Source of the DNA: Dimorphilus gyrociliatus
Lineage: Eukaryota > Animalia > Annelida
Direction of reading: 5' to 3'
Length of the DNA stretch: 64,000 nt
NCBI GenBank assembly: GCA_904063045.1
Contig: CAJFCJ010000002.1
Span: 1,510,422 to 1,574,421 of the forward strand
Notes under the pieces: generated by a model
Databases searched by the model: none
What the model was told of the DNA's origin: nothing
Seen by the model: the letters and a program-made list of their open reading frames with translations, nothing else
Made by a program: the position numbers and the translations under genes
Shown: positions 16,118-31,395 of the stretch, piece by piece
Layout of the letters: each line of letters begins with the position of its first letter
Numbering within the stretch: the first letter of the stretch is position 1

Positions 16118-17858
16118 ATGACGTCCGAATCTGCTCAAATTCTTTTACCATCTGAAGCCGAGGCCTATGTTCAAGGCTTAGAAAATATTGTATTGACTGA
16201 GATTGGCTCGGCAAGGTGTGTTTTGATTTAAACCTAATAAACCTTTCTTCTAGCCTAATATCGCTCAAATTACAGATGGTCTTCGCAACACCAACATTTA
16301 GAAAAACTTAATATGCAAGCTGTTATGTGTGCTTCGAACAATGAAGATGAATTTATTAGAGATTTCTTGGTTTCACACGATAAAGTAAAAGTATTAATAC
16401 ACGATTTACTTTGCGTAGAAATCTGGAAAGATAAAGTTTTTAGGGAGATTATCAATAAAAAAATGAACTTAAAAATAATGTTTCCTGTATACATGGTGGT
16501 AAGATATACAAAACATTCCATCTCGTGTTTTCCAAATAAATAATTTCACTAACAGTTATATCACGAAGCTACTGTCATAAATCTATTGGAGACAACCCTA
16601 TACCATCAAGACGTAGCGGAGGCGTGTGATGAGTTTGTTTTGGAGCTGGTGGACTACACTTATCGAAAACTATGCAAATTCATAGCCATGTAATTTCTTA
16701 AGTTAATTATTCATGAATGAAACTACGATAATTTTGTTCTTTTTAGGGATTTCAATGAGAAGTCATTAAAGCCGAAAGAAGAAAATAGCCTCGAAGTAAT
16801 GTTTTTACTTTCTACTCAAGCAATTTTAAAGCATTTGCACTTTTCCAGGAATTGGAATCCCAGTATCATCAATTAGAGTTTGGTATTTGCATTAAAGCTA
16901 TCTCGATATTGAGATACATAGTAGATCATTTATCTAAGTGAGTGTTGTTAACTTGATCAACAAATTAATGCTTTCTTGCATTAGTAATGTTTACGTAAGT
17001 AAATCGTACTTTATTTTTGCAGTTTACCTTTATCAACAAATACAAGGATTCTGGACACTCATGACTTCCCAGTTTTACTCGTTCATATTTTAGAACATTC
17101 TCCATGGCTAAGAACCAAAGAAAATTCACGTGAACGATACGTTGAGAATAGATGGGAGAAAATTATTGATGACGATTCTATGAAATTGATAAAAACCGAA
17201 GGTCAAGTGTGGCTAACTCTTTACCAACTTCTTTTGCATCCAGACTGTAGAAGTAAATATGAGATAAATTCTCATAGAAAAAATATTTTATTAAAGTTAA
17301 GATCTTTTTTGACTGAGGTAAACTAGTTTTCAATACGATATACTATCTCTATAATATACTAGCAATCTTTGTAGATTTTACTGGATCAGTTGCCGATTTT
17401 GGTAGAGCTACATAGATATGTTGAAGAATTAGGGATGATGGATCCTCCCACTATTAGTAAGAGCTTACTACTAGAGCAAATACCGGAAATTAGGGAAAAT
17501 ATATTGAAAAAATACGCAGGTATAATTTAAAGTTAATTATCTATTATATTTAAAATAATTAAAGCTTTGTTACAAAGATCGATGGCACAAGATAGCTGAA
17601 ATACAAGTTAAAACTTTTTTTGATCCGTCCAACGTAGACATGAAAGCACACGCCGAGCAATTGGCATCAGCTTATGACTTGGATTCCCTACAGAATTTTA
17701 TAACCGAACCTCCAAAGTGTGCAGTTTGCGGTCATTTGGCAACAAAGCGTTGTAGTCGTTGCCAAAACGAATGGTATTGTAGGAGGGAATGTCAAGTTAA
17801 TCATTGGAAAAAGCACAAAGCTGTTTGTAATCTTATTGCAGAGTCTAGTAAACCTTAG
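16118..17858 (+). CDS. ZMYND10: Zinc finger MYND domain protein 10 (BLU), dynein-arm assembly factor
   Basis: LEKLNMQAVMCA...DKVKVLIHDLLCVEIWKDKVF; C-terminal MYND finger CAVCGHLATKRCSRCQNEWYCRRECQVNHWKKHKAVC. Confidence 0.95.
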
Positions 17859-18206
17859 ATTTACACTTTGTTTTTCTATTTCGTCCAAGTTTGATATTTT
17901 GATTTTAACTTCATTGTCCGTCCTGAATTTTTTGAACATTTGAATGCAAATTTTTGTCAAATAAATTAAATTTGTTTCAAGAATAACATTAGTATCTCTA
18001 TTTAAATGCAAGCTCTAAAAAGCTGTATTTTTTATTACCGCTCTTTCTTCGGAAGCGGAAGTTTCGCGAAACATTCAACTATTTTGAAAATAAGCGCCAT
18101 AACAAGAAGTTAACTATATATTTTGACAATATTCGATAATAAGAGCATATTAGAGTATATTAACCATTTCATATTTTTATTATTCGTCTCGTTCTTCCAA
18201 TTCAGA

Positions 18207-20360
18207 ATGTCTGATAAAACGTCTGGCCGTAGTCTAAATTTTTACGGAAAACGCAAGTGAGTGATAATGTGCATAAATAAAAGTTTACTTTTTTATAAGA
18301 TTATCTATAAAAACAGGAAAAGTATAAATGAAATTCGTTTTGAGAATAAGATTCTTAAAACTGAAGAATTATACAAGAACAAACCTCTTCTAAGATCTTT
18401 CCAACCTTCAGGGTGTGACAAATTTCTGTTTTCCTTTGAGAGAGTGTCGTAATTCTATTTTCTATTCGTTTGCAGATTTAAATCTAATGTTTGGAAGCCT
18501 TTCTTCAAGTTAGCTGATGCAATAGACTACGCTGACAGGTATAAAGATGTAAGTTTTGTTTACAAATCTGTTCAAACGAAGTTTAATTAACTTCTTCATT
18601 GAAAAGGATTTAAGGATATTTGCATTTGAAAGTCCGATGTATGAAAAACATACTGGCAAAAGAAAATATATATCGACAAGTTTAGAATGCTTCTGGCACT
18701 ACTATTCGTAAGTAAACAACAATTTCCAGAGATATTGTGTAAAATAACATGTCGTTTGAAAATTGACTGTTTCAGTCAACTGTCCTTGAAAAACAGACAA
18801 CATTACGAAGTTATAACGGAAGGTATGAAATATTATAAAAAGAACACTTTTACAAGTAGAATTTTAATTCAAACTGCTTGACAATTTAACAGATTCGCCT
18901 TGTAAAATGTATTTTGATTTGGAATATAGTAAACTTGAAAATCCTTGTCTTAGTGAACCAATCATTCTCGAAAACTTTCTAAAAGTTAGTTAATCTTTAA
19001 AACTCTTAATATCCTATAATTTAATTAGTTAATAAAAATAATTTTTAACAGTTTTTGATTGAAAAAGTTAACGAAACGTTCAGAATTGAAATCCTTGAAG
19101 AGAATATAATTTTGTTGGATGCCAGGTAATTGATAAATTGATACAATATTCTTAATTTTTTATGTTTTACACGTATAGTACAGAAACAAAGTTTAGTCAT
19201 CACGTGATAATTGATCAAGAAAATCTAATTTTTATCAATAACGTTGAATTAGGCTTTTTTATAAAAAATATTCTTGGCGAACACATTCAAGATTTAGCGA
19301 AAAAGACTATAAATTATGGAAAGTTTATTGTACGAAAAAGTTCGGAAGATACGTGCCTTTTTATCGATTTAGGTTCTTTTTTTGATTATTCCGATTTATC
19401 ACTTGCTAATGATAAATATTTCTGTCTCTTTTTTTTTTATTCAGGTGTTTACAACAAGAATAGAAATTTTAGATTATTTTTATCTGAAAAACTAGACAAG
19501 AATAATCCTTTTCTTGTAAGCAAATTTTCGAAAAATTCATTTAAGGATGAAAAAGATACTTTCTTCAGATCATTGATTTGTCAGGAGAAGTAATTAGACC
19601 AGCAATACTATTTTAAAATTGTTTAAATTAGTTATATCTATTAGAGAGAAACGAGAAAAATACCTTAGATTTTCTGATCCAAATCAGTTGGAAAATTCAT
19701 CATGTGTTGTAATGAAAAAAACTCCAAAGGCGTCAAATTCATCAGGTATATATTTTTGCATTGATAAATAAGAAAAAGCGTCATTTTGAGATATTTTATT
19801 AATTTCCTATTCATGGCTCTATTCATAGAAGTTGTATCTACCGTATCAAAATATCCTGATGTTGACGCTTATATTGCTGATGCTTGGTCCAAGAAAACGC
19901 AATATACTATAGAAACTGAATTTTCTAAGGCTATTTTCTTTCGCGAGAGGAATATAATTATATACGATGTGAAAAAGAATAAATATTGCGAACATATGCA
20001 AAGAGAACACAAGAGTAATGGGATTATGTAAGTATTAAAAACTAATGTTTTCTTTATCAATTAATATCTGTACTATCCTTATATTATAGACTTGTCGCTG
20101 ATTTAGATCGAAAAATTTTCTATCAAAAGTGTCATGATCCAGATTGCCGACTTATAAATTATAAGTCGAACGGTAATTATTCATAGAATAATTAATGAAT
20201 TATAGATTATCATTTAAAAATTACATCTTAAAAAATAGAATATCCTCTACCCGAATATACATACAAAAATGTACCGGATATAGACGATAACGAAATGCAA
20301 GAATTTGGTGAAATTTGTGATTATCTACACTTTTTCTCCGATGAAGATGATGACTATTAA
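18207..20360 (+). CDS. PRIMPOL: DNA primase-polymerase
   Basis: AEP motifs YFDLE, FSHH and IDLGVYNKNRNFRL; UL52-type Zn finger YCEHMQREH...KCHDPDC; acidic tail. Confidence 0.93.
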
Positions 20361-20602
20361 CCGAAGAATTGTATACTTTATTATGTGATTTTATTGAAAA
20401 AGGGGTGGTTATTTTTTTTCAGTCTGCTTTCACATTAATAATTTCAAATATATATTTATATATACTGTACAGTATATATTATCTTATATTATATTAAAGT
20501 ATAATGTATAACCTTATTAAATAGCCCCTATGCCATATCTTTAATTTGCTATAAAACAAAAAGCTGAATAAAACAAGACAGTTTGCTTGAAATCAACTCA
20601 CA

Positions 20603-22729
20603 ATGAAGAGTTTTATTGCAATCTTCTTTACAATGCAAATATACCTTTGCAATTGTCAAAATGAATTATGTACTAACGCTACATGCGAATACTTTTGGCT
20701 ATTAGAAATGAGAGACACAATGACCTTTTATGGTAAAAATGGAACTGAAAGAGTATTTGTGAATAAGGAAAACAGATTGCAGGTAGAAGTGACCTTTAAT
20801 AGTTTTTGCCCATTTAGGTTACTTTTTGATTAGCATGCGTATACCTTTTCCATAGATCAAAGGTTCAAGACAACTTGTCGATTTTAATGATGTTATTACG
20901 GCAGATGGATACGAGCAGAAGGTTTTAACTATTAATGGAAGATTTCCTGGGCCTAATATTAATGTCATGTTTGGCTCTAGAATTATTATACACGTTACAA
21001 ATAAATTAGAAGAAATGACATCAATCCATTTTCATGGTATACATCAAAAGAGAACACCTTGGATGGACGGTGTTGGCATGATCACTCAATGCCCTATTCA
21101 GCCTGGAGAACAATATACTTATGATTTCATGGGTGAACCAGTCGGAACTCATGCCTATCACGGTCATTTCAGAGAGCATTCCGCTCTAGGTCTTTATGGG
21201 ATGTTTGTTGTCCATGAAAATCTTCCTTTACTTCCACAAATTCCACTAGTGATATCCGAATGGTATCATAATATTCAAGTTTTGTATAATAATCTGACTA
21301 GAGCAAATATCAATTGGCCCCCGTTTAATAATCAATTGAAATATTCCCTTGATGGAACGGCCACTAGTGATGTAAAATATTCGGGAGGACTTATAAATGG
21401 TAAAGGTCAGCAGTCAAAGAACATTGGCTATCTTCCAAAAGCGGAGTTTATTTTACACCCAAGAAAATATCACAGATTTAGACTTTTTATGGCATCTCAT
21501 GAATTTGCTTATCAAATTTCTATAGACAATCATCATTTAATTCTTATTGCGGTTGGAGGTAATCTTATTGAGGCTGTCAAACTACAATCAATTATCGCAT
21601 TTCCTGGAGAATCATTTGATTTTCTCGTTGCCGCTACAAGAAGGCCAGGACTCTATTGGTTGAGGGCTAGGACTCTTTCTATAAAAGATGAACATTCCTC
21701 ATTGAGAGAGGAGATATTAGGCGTTGTAAGATATACAAATTATGTTGGAAATCAAAGTGAGCCTTCAACTAACGATTACAAATGTACTGAGGAGAATGTA
21801 TGTCTGATTTTTAATTGTCCTTGGAAATCATATCCATCAGAATATCATAGTCGCTGTATCAGTCTAAATCAGGTCGAACATAACAAAAACAATACACTTG
21901 TTATTTCTTATATATTGAAATATTTCACAGATAAAGAGTTTGAGAAGATCCAACTCTAAGTTTAAACTTTATTCCTTTCATAGCGAAGAAACTGAGAGAT
22001 TTTCTTTAAATATACAATTTTTCAATGGAAAAGCAACAATCAATGGAAAAGTTGAGTGTATAATTTATAAAATATCCTTCATTTCTAACTCTTTTCATTT
22101 GCAGTACTTTAAATCGCCGTCTGTCACCTTTTGGGAAGATTATAAGACAAATAGTAAACTATGCGATGAATGTAAAACTACTGTATGCGAATGCTTAAAC
22201 GTTATGGATTTGCCTTATGGAAAGTAAGAAATTATTCTCAAAATTAATAATTTAATCCTTAAAGCTATTTATTGTTTAAAGAACAATTGAAATTTTATTG
22301 ACAAACGTGAAAGGTAAAGAGCTAAATGAAGGGAAAATATCATATGTTCATCATCCTTTTCATATGCACGGACATCATTTTGAAGTTTTAAAAGTTGGCT
22401 TCGCTGACCAGTATAAAAATGGTACCTGGGTTGGAAATAGTAAGGATATAGTATGCAATAATGAATATTGTACAAGAGCGAGATTGATCATTGCAATCAA
22501 GGATTTAAATTATGAAAATCCTGCACTTGTAGACACGGTTAATGTACCAGCAGGTGGATATGCTCTAATTAGATTTCAAACAAATAATCCGGGATACTGG
22601 TTGGGTCATTGCCATCTATTTTTTCATGTGGTTGAAGGGATGGCAATTGTCTTTCGAGAAGGAGAAAGAGAAGGATTTATTCCCACACCTAAAAATATCT
22701 CTCAAGTCTGTTCAAAAGTCAAAAATTAA
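20603..22729 (+). CDS. Secreted laccase-like multicopper oxidase
   Basis: All four copper motifs present: HFHG, YHGH, HPFHMHGH, HCHLFFHVVEGM; signal peptide. Confidence 0.92.
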
Positions 22730-22971
22730 ACAAAACTACGCAAGCATTTAAGTATTTATATTGATTTTTATCGTTTATTAACAAAAATTCGATACTTTTC
22801 ATTTATTCCACAAAATTAGAAACCTAAATCGTAAAAAGGCCTAAAAAATCTGGACAAACTACAAACTTCTTTCTTTCTTTCTTTCTTTCTTATTTATATA
22901 ATTACGAGGGATTAACAAAGTTTGCTCAAACAATAAAAAATAGCAATAGTAAAATAGAGACTGTACAAATC

Positions 22972-25900
22972 TTAACGGAAAATCCATTTGTATGTAAAAG
23001 CAATAATAAAAAATGAGAATAAAGATATGTATGGCGTGTTTTTCAATGGCTTTGCAGAATTGTAAAAAGGTGAATATGGGCACTGATAAGATCCAAAAAC
23101 TTGACAAATTGTTGTTTGGAAAAGTGTACTAGCTTCGTAGTATGTTTTATTATATTTTCCTGTAAATGTAAGATATAATTAGATAATAACTATTATTTAA
23201 TAAATCCTTACCAATATCGTAGTGATCATAGACTCTTACTGTCTGTTGAATTGTAATATTAGCAACAGGGAAATATCTATGAGCTTGAACAAATACGCAA
23301 GTTCTCTCCGGAGGAATCTATAGAGAATAAATAGATTAGAGAGAAAGAGATGAGATAGTTAATTAAATAATGCAATAATTACATAGTCCAATTCGTATAC
23401 AGCCACTTGTGTACTTGTATCAAAACCATTATCTTGAACTAGTGGATTGGAATTAGTGAAATTGTTAAGCATCTCTTTTAAGACGTAATAGCCGCTTGGT
23501 ATTTGTATCTCAATATCGGCTTGTCCACTCGTTGGACTTAGATCTGTTCTCAGCCATTTTGCGCATACAGTTACTTCTAGGATTGAGTAATTTCTTCCAT
23601 AGAAAGAAACACTGTCCACATCTAATTCGAATGTTCTATTTAACGATTGTCTTATTTGATCTTGATATTCAACGGTGACAGTAGCTTCTTGCTGAAGAAG
23701 GATTATACCACTGCCAGTTGCTCCTGTCCTAATAGTTCCCCAAACTTTGTCGTTAATTTCAAAAGCTTGTAAATCGTACCAATTAGTTTTGTTTAGATAA
23801 AAATCAAATACATTATCAGTGCTTGTCTGCGTAATTTGTGTAAATATGTTATGAATAGCTACAAATTTATCCGCCTTCTCGTAGGCTATCAACGCCTGTA
23901 AAGCCCAGTAACTTGCTATAGGAGAAGACCAACCATAAAAAGTTGTTCGCATTGTTTGTAACCAATTAACTATAGGTATATAAATTGATAAATCTCTTTC
24001 GGTACCAAATCTCATCATCTCTAGTATAAGCCCTATTGAAGTTGCAACAATGGCCTGAGTCTCTTCAGCTTGTGGTATTTTTGGAAGTAAAACTGGAACT
24101 TGATTTTCCAGTTTGATACTAGCGGCTTTAATGGGCACTCTGGACCAATATTTTCCATTATCTATTGTTTGTTATAATCATATGATTATCTAATAATATA
24201 ATAAATCAATAAATATATAAAAATGGTTTTACCTTTTCTCGGTAAGTTGTAGAATTTTTTAAATGCATCTTCGCTACTATAATGTGATGCTTTTTTTAAT
24301 GCCAGTGCTATATGAGCCATTATAAATGGATCATCAGTACCGTTTGCATATGGTGCAATATACTTTGTTGCCAGGTTGAGTGTGTTTCTGAGATTTGCGG
24401 CGACTGTAGAATTTGTTAGATGTGAATAGATATCTTGTAACATTACAATAGCATAGGCAGTATATGAGACATTTAATCTCTTTCCATTACTATCTTCAAT
24501 ATCTTTATAAAGTGTCATATCAAAGAGTACATCGTCATCGCCGAAAGCACCATTAGGTAACTGCCTGTTACATATCCACATTGTTGTATTCTGAACAACG
24601 CCTATATCAATGTATAACTCTTGTTGTAACCATTCAGGATTTTTGTAAAATGTTGCAAGAATAGATGCAGAATTGATTGAGACCAAGAGACTTGGCCTTT
24701 CAGTTGTCCACATAGAAAAGTATCCTAATCCATTACCCATATTTGTATAGTAGACCATAAGCTGGGCAACTTGATCAGCTATACCATGATGAACTTCTTT
24801 AATTGTTTCTTTATTAACTGCTTTTTGAGTTCTAAAAAAGTTTAACCACAAGAGATTTATTCCTAAATTGTTGGCAAAGACTGATCCCGCATTGGTTGTA
24901 GTTCTGAGATAAGTTGATGTATCCCATATACCATAGGTAAAGCTGGGCCCAGCTGACCCACCAACAACCGATACTCTGGCATGGGGCGATCCTGGAACGT
25001 ATAAATGACGTACCTTCTCAGGTAGGAGAAATCTTTGATTAATAGGTATCTCAAGATCAGGAATTGATAAAGCTCCACTATTCAACATATCAATCATTCG
25101 TGGTGTATTGTAATAGTTTTCAACGCCATAGGCCACAACTTTTATGGTTGCGCTTTGTGTATGTTTGGCCGCGAAAGATTCTCCCGAGACAGAGACAGTA
25201 TATTCTCCTATCTCCGCGGAAACGATTCCAAAATGAATCAATGTAACACCACCGGGTTTTAGCCAAACCATTACTTGTCTTGAACCTTTTGTCAAGACTG
25301 GATCATAATTAGTTACATAACCATCATCAGGTACTGTTATCACTTTAAACGGTTCGGGATCGTGAATAGTAACTAAAATTTCCAATGTTTCTGACCAATA
25401 ATTAAAAACTGTTACTTGTAATCCTATCTGTTCACCTGTGCGGACAATTTCCGGAGCATCCATTTCAATGTAAAATGGTCTTGTTGATTTAAACTATTAA
25501 AATTTTGATTTTAATTATGTAGCCTTTTTAAATGTAATTATTAAAACTTTTACTTACCCTAACAGGATTTTCTACAATAGCTAAGCCATGTTCCTTACTT
25601 AAGGTTAAAGCACTTACAAGCCAAGTGGTTGGCCTGTATGGAACCTTTACAACTTCAAAAGAGCTACCATCCGGTTTTGTGTAATGCCACGACCATAACC
25701 AGGATGTTTCTTCGTAATTGTAGATGAGGACGGGATAGAGAGACTCAATATTTTGTGGCCGTTTTGGAGTGTAATCATCTTCGGATGGACACCCCATTTC
25801 GTCGGCACCATCAGCACAGTCCCATGACCCATCACAAGCTTTGTCCAAAGAATAGCAACCGGATACGAAACACGGTGAGAATCCTAGAGTGAAATTACAA

Positions 25901-28694
25901 GTTGCCCTTCCGGGTATCCTATCCAATTTTGCATCCGTAAAAATTTCGAGACCCAAATATAGAAACGTCGTATTCGAATCAATAGCACTGGAAGGAGCTG
26001 GAAAATGGACTGTTTCCTCTATTCCCTCATCTTTTAACCAAGTATGACTCAATGTTGAGTTAGCACCAAGATCATAGGATGCAAATTCCTTTTCAATTTT
26101 ATCTCTTGTAAGGAAATTTGGTTCATATCTATATATTGAATAGTCTTGAACATTGAATGCGATTAAGGTACTAGGATCTCCTTTTGCCACAACCTCTATA
26201 GTGTTATGAGTAAAATCTTTACCCTTATTAACGACAAGCTTCAACTGTTGAATAAAGCAATAAAAACCAACAAATTATAAACATTTTAACAAAATCATAT
26301 CTAAAAATAGAAATTACATCTGATTCAGAAGCTCTAACTCCATCAACATAAAAATGAAGAGCATCCGCCAAAACTCTACCGTTATAAAGACCGTAAACTA
26401 AGATATGAGCCCTAGGTATCATATCCCTGGATAGAGCGATGGAAAAAGTCTTTTGTTGGCTTTCCATGGCTAATTCATTTACGAATAGAATGGTTCCTTG
26501 AGCTGTGACCTTAAGAAAATTGAAATTTTGAATGTTCAATACGAATGAATGAATGAATGAATTAATTAATTAATTATTCTTACCATATATTGAATTTTAG
26601 GTACGTAAGTTGTACACCTAACGGTGAAGATCATATAAGCGCCAACTTTCGGTTGAACCGTAGATGTTGTTACGTAAAGGTACTCATTAATAGCGGAAAA
26701 TTCCCTTGTTGCTACAACTTTTATTCCAGCTTGACGATGCGCTATCTATTTAAACGAAGCAGATGCGAATAGTTGTTTTTTGTTATGTAATAATAAAATA
26801 ATTAAGAAATAAACCGTTATCGTCATTTCGTCATCATCATCTTCAGGAATGAAAGACAAATGAGCTATACCATTATCCCCAATAATTACAATATCTTTAA
26901 AATTTGCCGATTTAACTGGAGAGCCATCAAGTTTTGAAACTTGACGTTCAATTCGTAACGCAGAGTTTATTGATTTTCTATAAGGTTGTCCATCGGCTTG
27001 ATATACTGCGATCTTTATATTTAAAATTGTTAATATCGTATAAAAAGTAATTTATTATACAAACGTAGAGGTCAAACAACTTTCCAGGTTTAAATGTACG
27101 AATTCTTCCTCCAAGAACCCTGTGGAGAATGAATAAAACGTTCCGCTTAGTTATCTTTCATAAAATATAAAAGAAAGATACCTTAATTTTGAACCTGTAC
27201 CAAATATCTTAGTTGTAGCTTGACCTGTCGCTGGCAGTTGTGTTTTTATTATATCGTGAACAACTGCAGTTGCAACTAAATTATATCCTTCTAGCGAAGC
27301 ATTATTATTCATATTTCTTAATTCGTCCATTCCAACGGCGAAGCTTGTCACTCCTTCAAACTATATATAAGAATATTAAAAGATAAACGACGCTTATACC
27401 TTTAAACTAATTTATGGATATTACGAAAGGTATTCTTGTCTGGAACGAAATGCTTTTTCTATTCTTCATGTTTTCCGGTGGATTTAGTTCGTATTGAATA
27501 TGTCCAGAACCTTTTATCGGATAACCTTTGGTCCAACTGAAAGTGATATGGTTTGGGGTTAGGGTTAGTGTTAATGAACAATTTTAAAAATAGATTCTTA
27601 TTTACTTTGCCGTTACAAGACCAACTATACCATATTCATTCTCCATAACGTAATGAGGCATAGTCACATTAACTTCCAGCATACCTTGGTCTAGAGAATT
27701 AAATCATACAGTATTACATGTAAGTTTGTAAACTATATACATAATAATTAATATGGACAATATGAATATTCATAAACTTACAGTATTCAAAGCTGTAGAA
27801 TTTTTTGAAATATGTTTCACCCTGAAAAACAAACGGACAATAATTAATTAACTAGATAATAAAAGATTAATAAAATTAATCACTAACAAAAGCTAAAATT
27901 TCAAATTGCCACCATCCGTATAATCTAGGATCGGTTAGAAAGTGTTTACCCTCGAAAAGACCGTTTTGCAGCATCTTTTCCTTCCACCAATGTACCCTAA
28001 CACCTCTAGGATTAAGGAGATAAATAGTTATTTGACCATTGGATACAGGTTGGAGGTTTGGTTTTACTGCTAATATTCTAAAATTTACTGAAAATCGAAA
28101 AATATTTAGGGTAAGGGAGGATTATGAAAGGGTTATTCTCTTCTTTACTTACTATATTGCAAACGTCCGTAAATCGCCTTGTCAGTTTGTAAGAATATTG
28201 ACACCTGTTTAGCTTTAAAGAATAATTCAGTCTTATTCTCAAATAGAATACTAGAATAAGAATAGGATGTAAGCGCTTGAATCTTTAGAGAATAATTTCC
28301 GGGAGGTGCAGAATTTGGAACTTTTATCTCCAGCATATTTAAACTATGAGCACCAACACGAATTGTCGAGGAAGCGATCGCTTCGTTAAAGTTTTCATTT
28401 GCAATTGTAGCCGTTAAGATAGCTGAAGTAGTTTGAAGATCGAAAATAGCGACGCTCATTCGATAAGTCATATCGGGACGAACATATTTTGGCGCTATAA
28501 TAACATGAGAGCTGAAAATATACGTTTTTAATCAATAATTAATTTATTAATTAATCAATAACGGCTTCTATCTAAATATAATTATTTATTCTTGAAAAGA
28601 TAGGGAATACTCACGATTTGGGCAGCAGTTTTTCCGATTGTACATAGTGAATAAATAGGAAACTGATGACCAACAGTTGAATCAATCGTAACAT
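22972..28694 (-). CDS. Macroglobulin complement-related (Mcr/TEP6-like) A2M-family protein with LDLa module and hydrophobic C-terminus
   Basis: Signal exon MLRLIQLLVISFLFIHYVQS; MG domains (FLQTDKAIY, EQIGLQVTVFNY); LDLa CFVSGCYSLDKACDGSWDCADGADEMGC; C-terminal ICQVFGSYQCPYSPFYN plus hydrophobic tail; no GCGEQ. Confidence 0.88.
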
Positions 28695-30135
28695 GGTAAC
28701 TAACTCTTTTTTCCCCTCCAAATGAACAAATATATAAACTGCAAGCTTTTTCCTTCTTTCCTACTTTTCCGCTCACTATAATCTTCCTAGAGAGGAACAA
28801 TTCATTTATTAATAAATCACCGATTTAAAATTGTTAAACTGTTACGGTAAAATTCCCTCGTTCAGGTGTAAACTTTGAATTAGGAACTGCTGTAGAGCAT
28901 AAAAAATTAGGCCAAATCTTTTATATATATAATATCGATCAGTCGGTTTACCAGCGCTTCATTCTCTACATGTTCAATAGGGCTAGCAGACTTCTAGGTC
29001 GGTATGAACAAATAAGAAAAATGTCTATTTCCTATAATTTAAGACAAAAAAAAATTATTATTCTCCTTTTATTTTGTCGTTTATATCTTATATAATATTT
29101 TTATATAAAGAGTTGAAAGAAGAAGAGAAAACTATATACATATCATAAGTATGAGTAACAAAGAAACAAGAAAAATAGAGAAAGAGGGACGGGGGGAGAC
29201 AAAACGGTTTCTTAAGCCTATTAAAATGTCGATATCATTAGAAATTAACTTTGTTTAAAAAATTTCTCTCCCTCTCTCTCTCTCACAGTTTATTCCCTCT
29301 CTCCTTTCTCTTTGCCCTAACAGTCTGTTATAATTATAATCAAGATCTTTATATCTATCGTTGCCATTGTTTATATATGTATTTAACAAAGTAACTTTTT
29401 AATATACACTGCGTATGGAAATATATGTCTGATACGAAAAACAACCCATCCATCTCTAATCGGCTTAGTGTATATATAATACATATTAGAGATTTTGTTA
29501 CGGTTTTCGTTACAAAGTAGCTTTCCCTTTTTTTATAATCGGAATATATAAAGTGAATTATAATATACAGCAAGTCCTACAATCAACTATTCAAAGTCAT
29601 TTTCCTCCGTTCTCTTTCTCTCTCTCTCTCTCTCTCTAGATTACTATGATTTTACTACTACTTGTTATTTAAAAAACACAAATTAGTGCTTCTTTTCATC
29701 CTCCTCATCCCCCCTCCCCTCCCTCTTCTTCTGACCCAAAACTTTGATAAAGCTTTCCAAGTTCGTTCGTTTATCCTAATTTCGTCGGCTAAAGATGACA
29801 AGTATCAAATAACAGTAAAGCAGAAAATGTATATGATAAGGATTGAGAGAAATCTAAAGAACAGCATCTATGAACATCGTAGACTAGTTAAAGAAAGATT
29901 TGAATGATAGGAATATGTTTTTAAGTTTGGACTTCTCGTCGAATCTCAATAAAAAGCAGCTGCCTGTAATAAATCACTTATAAAAAGAAAATAGTAGCAA
30001 ATTTTAAAGATATCATTATATGATTTATACTAATCTTTATAAAGTAAACTATCTACTTAATATTCATCAGGATAGATTCAGAGTAACAATTATCATCAGA
30101 TGTTACATTTTCTTTAGTTTTTAAAACAAGTTGAA

Positions 30136-31395
30136 ATGTACCCTTTGAAAATTGCATATTTATATAGGATCTGTCTGGTTTGTTTGTTTGTACTCATCAT
30201 TATTAATCTACTTCATGTGGATAATCAATGGGAAGATAAGAAAAGCTCTAAAATACAACGTTTATTAATAAATAGAATAAAACCTAGAAAGAATATTGTA
30301 TTCTTGAAAACTCATAAATGCGGAACGGAAACTCTGGTGAACGCAGTATTTAAAAGATACGGTTTGAATCATAATCTTACTGGTGTTGTTGGTCTGAGAA
30401 AGCATACGTTTAGCATTAGTTGGCCTCGCAGATTTAATAGATCTTTCATGAGAAGAACTAAGCAACAACCTAATTTACTTTGCGATCATACGGTATTTGA
30501 TCAAGAGGCAATTGAAGATGTTATGCCTGCGAATACATTCTATGCAACAATATTAAGGGAACCATTTTCGCAGTTTAAATCTTGGTTTAATTATATGAGT
30601 GCTGCAAAGTTATTTGATAAAAAAGTTGATTATCCTATCTCTGTCTTCCTAACAAATCCAACCTATTATGAACATTTATTCAACACGCATGAGGTATATA
30701 TGATATTTTCTATTAAAATTCTTTTATAACACTATAAATAATCTATTTTCTCTAAGAGAAGAAAGGCATACTGTTTCCCTCCAAATTTCAGTATTACAAA
30801 GAATCCAATGTCATTTGATTTAGGATTATCTATGGGCTACGATAATACAGCAAACTATTCAAACAATTTACAAAAGATACAAGAATTTATAATAAACTTA
30901 AAAAATAGATTCAATCTTGTAATGATATTTGAATATTACGATTTGTCCATCGTTCTTCTAAGAAGGTTACTTAATTGGAATTTTCGAGATATACTCTACA
31001 TTAGGCAGAATAAAAGTCGTCGTGCAAATCTTACCAAGAATCCGATGGATAGAGAATTATATAAAACATGGAGTCTAGCTGATCATTTACTATATTCAGA
31101 GTTTAATAAAACTTTTTGGGAGAAAGTAGGCATGCAAGTTGGAATTTGGAGTGAATTGAAACAATTTCAAAATGTTCTTAAACTACTTCGTTCATATTGT
31201 AATTCAATACGTAAACATAAATTTGTTTCAATTAGGATTGAAAGAACAATATGGAATCCAAGAATTATTGTTAACAAACATTTTTGCAATGAAGTTGGAT
31301 TGTCCAAAGTTAAAGAATTTTTAAAGATGCAGGAAAAAAATGATAACTTTTTTCCTGGTGAAGATAAGAGAACTCTCAAATTGTGGTACTGCTAG
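30136..31395 (+). CDS. Galactose-3-O-sulfotransferase-like type II membrane protein, 2 coding exons
   Basis: N-terminal TM; IVFLKTHKCGT; TILREPFSQF; MSFDLG; FNLVMIFEYYDLSIVLLRRLLNW. Confidence 0.9.

Noticed and set aside
22859-23107. 82-aa hydrophobic ORF
   Set aside because: It is an off-frame reading of the last Mcr-like exon; the spliced frame ends at 22972.
29662-29907. 81-aa ORF with a hydrophobic start upstream of the sulfotransferase
   Set aside because: Begins at TTG, derives from low-complexity CT-rich DNA and is probably 5' UTR or intron.
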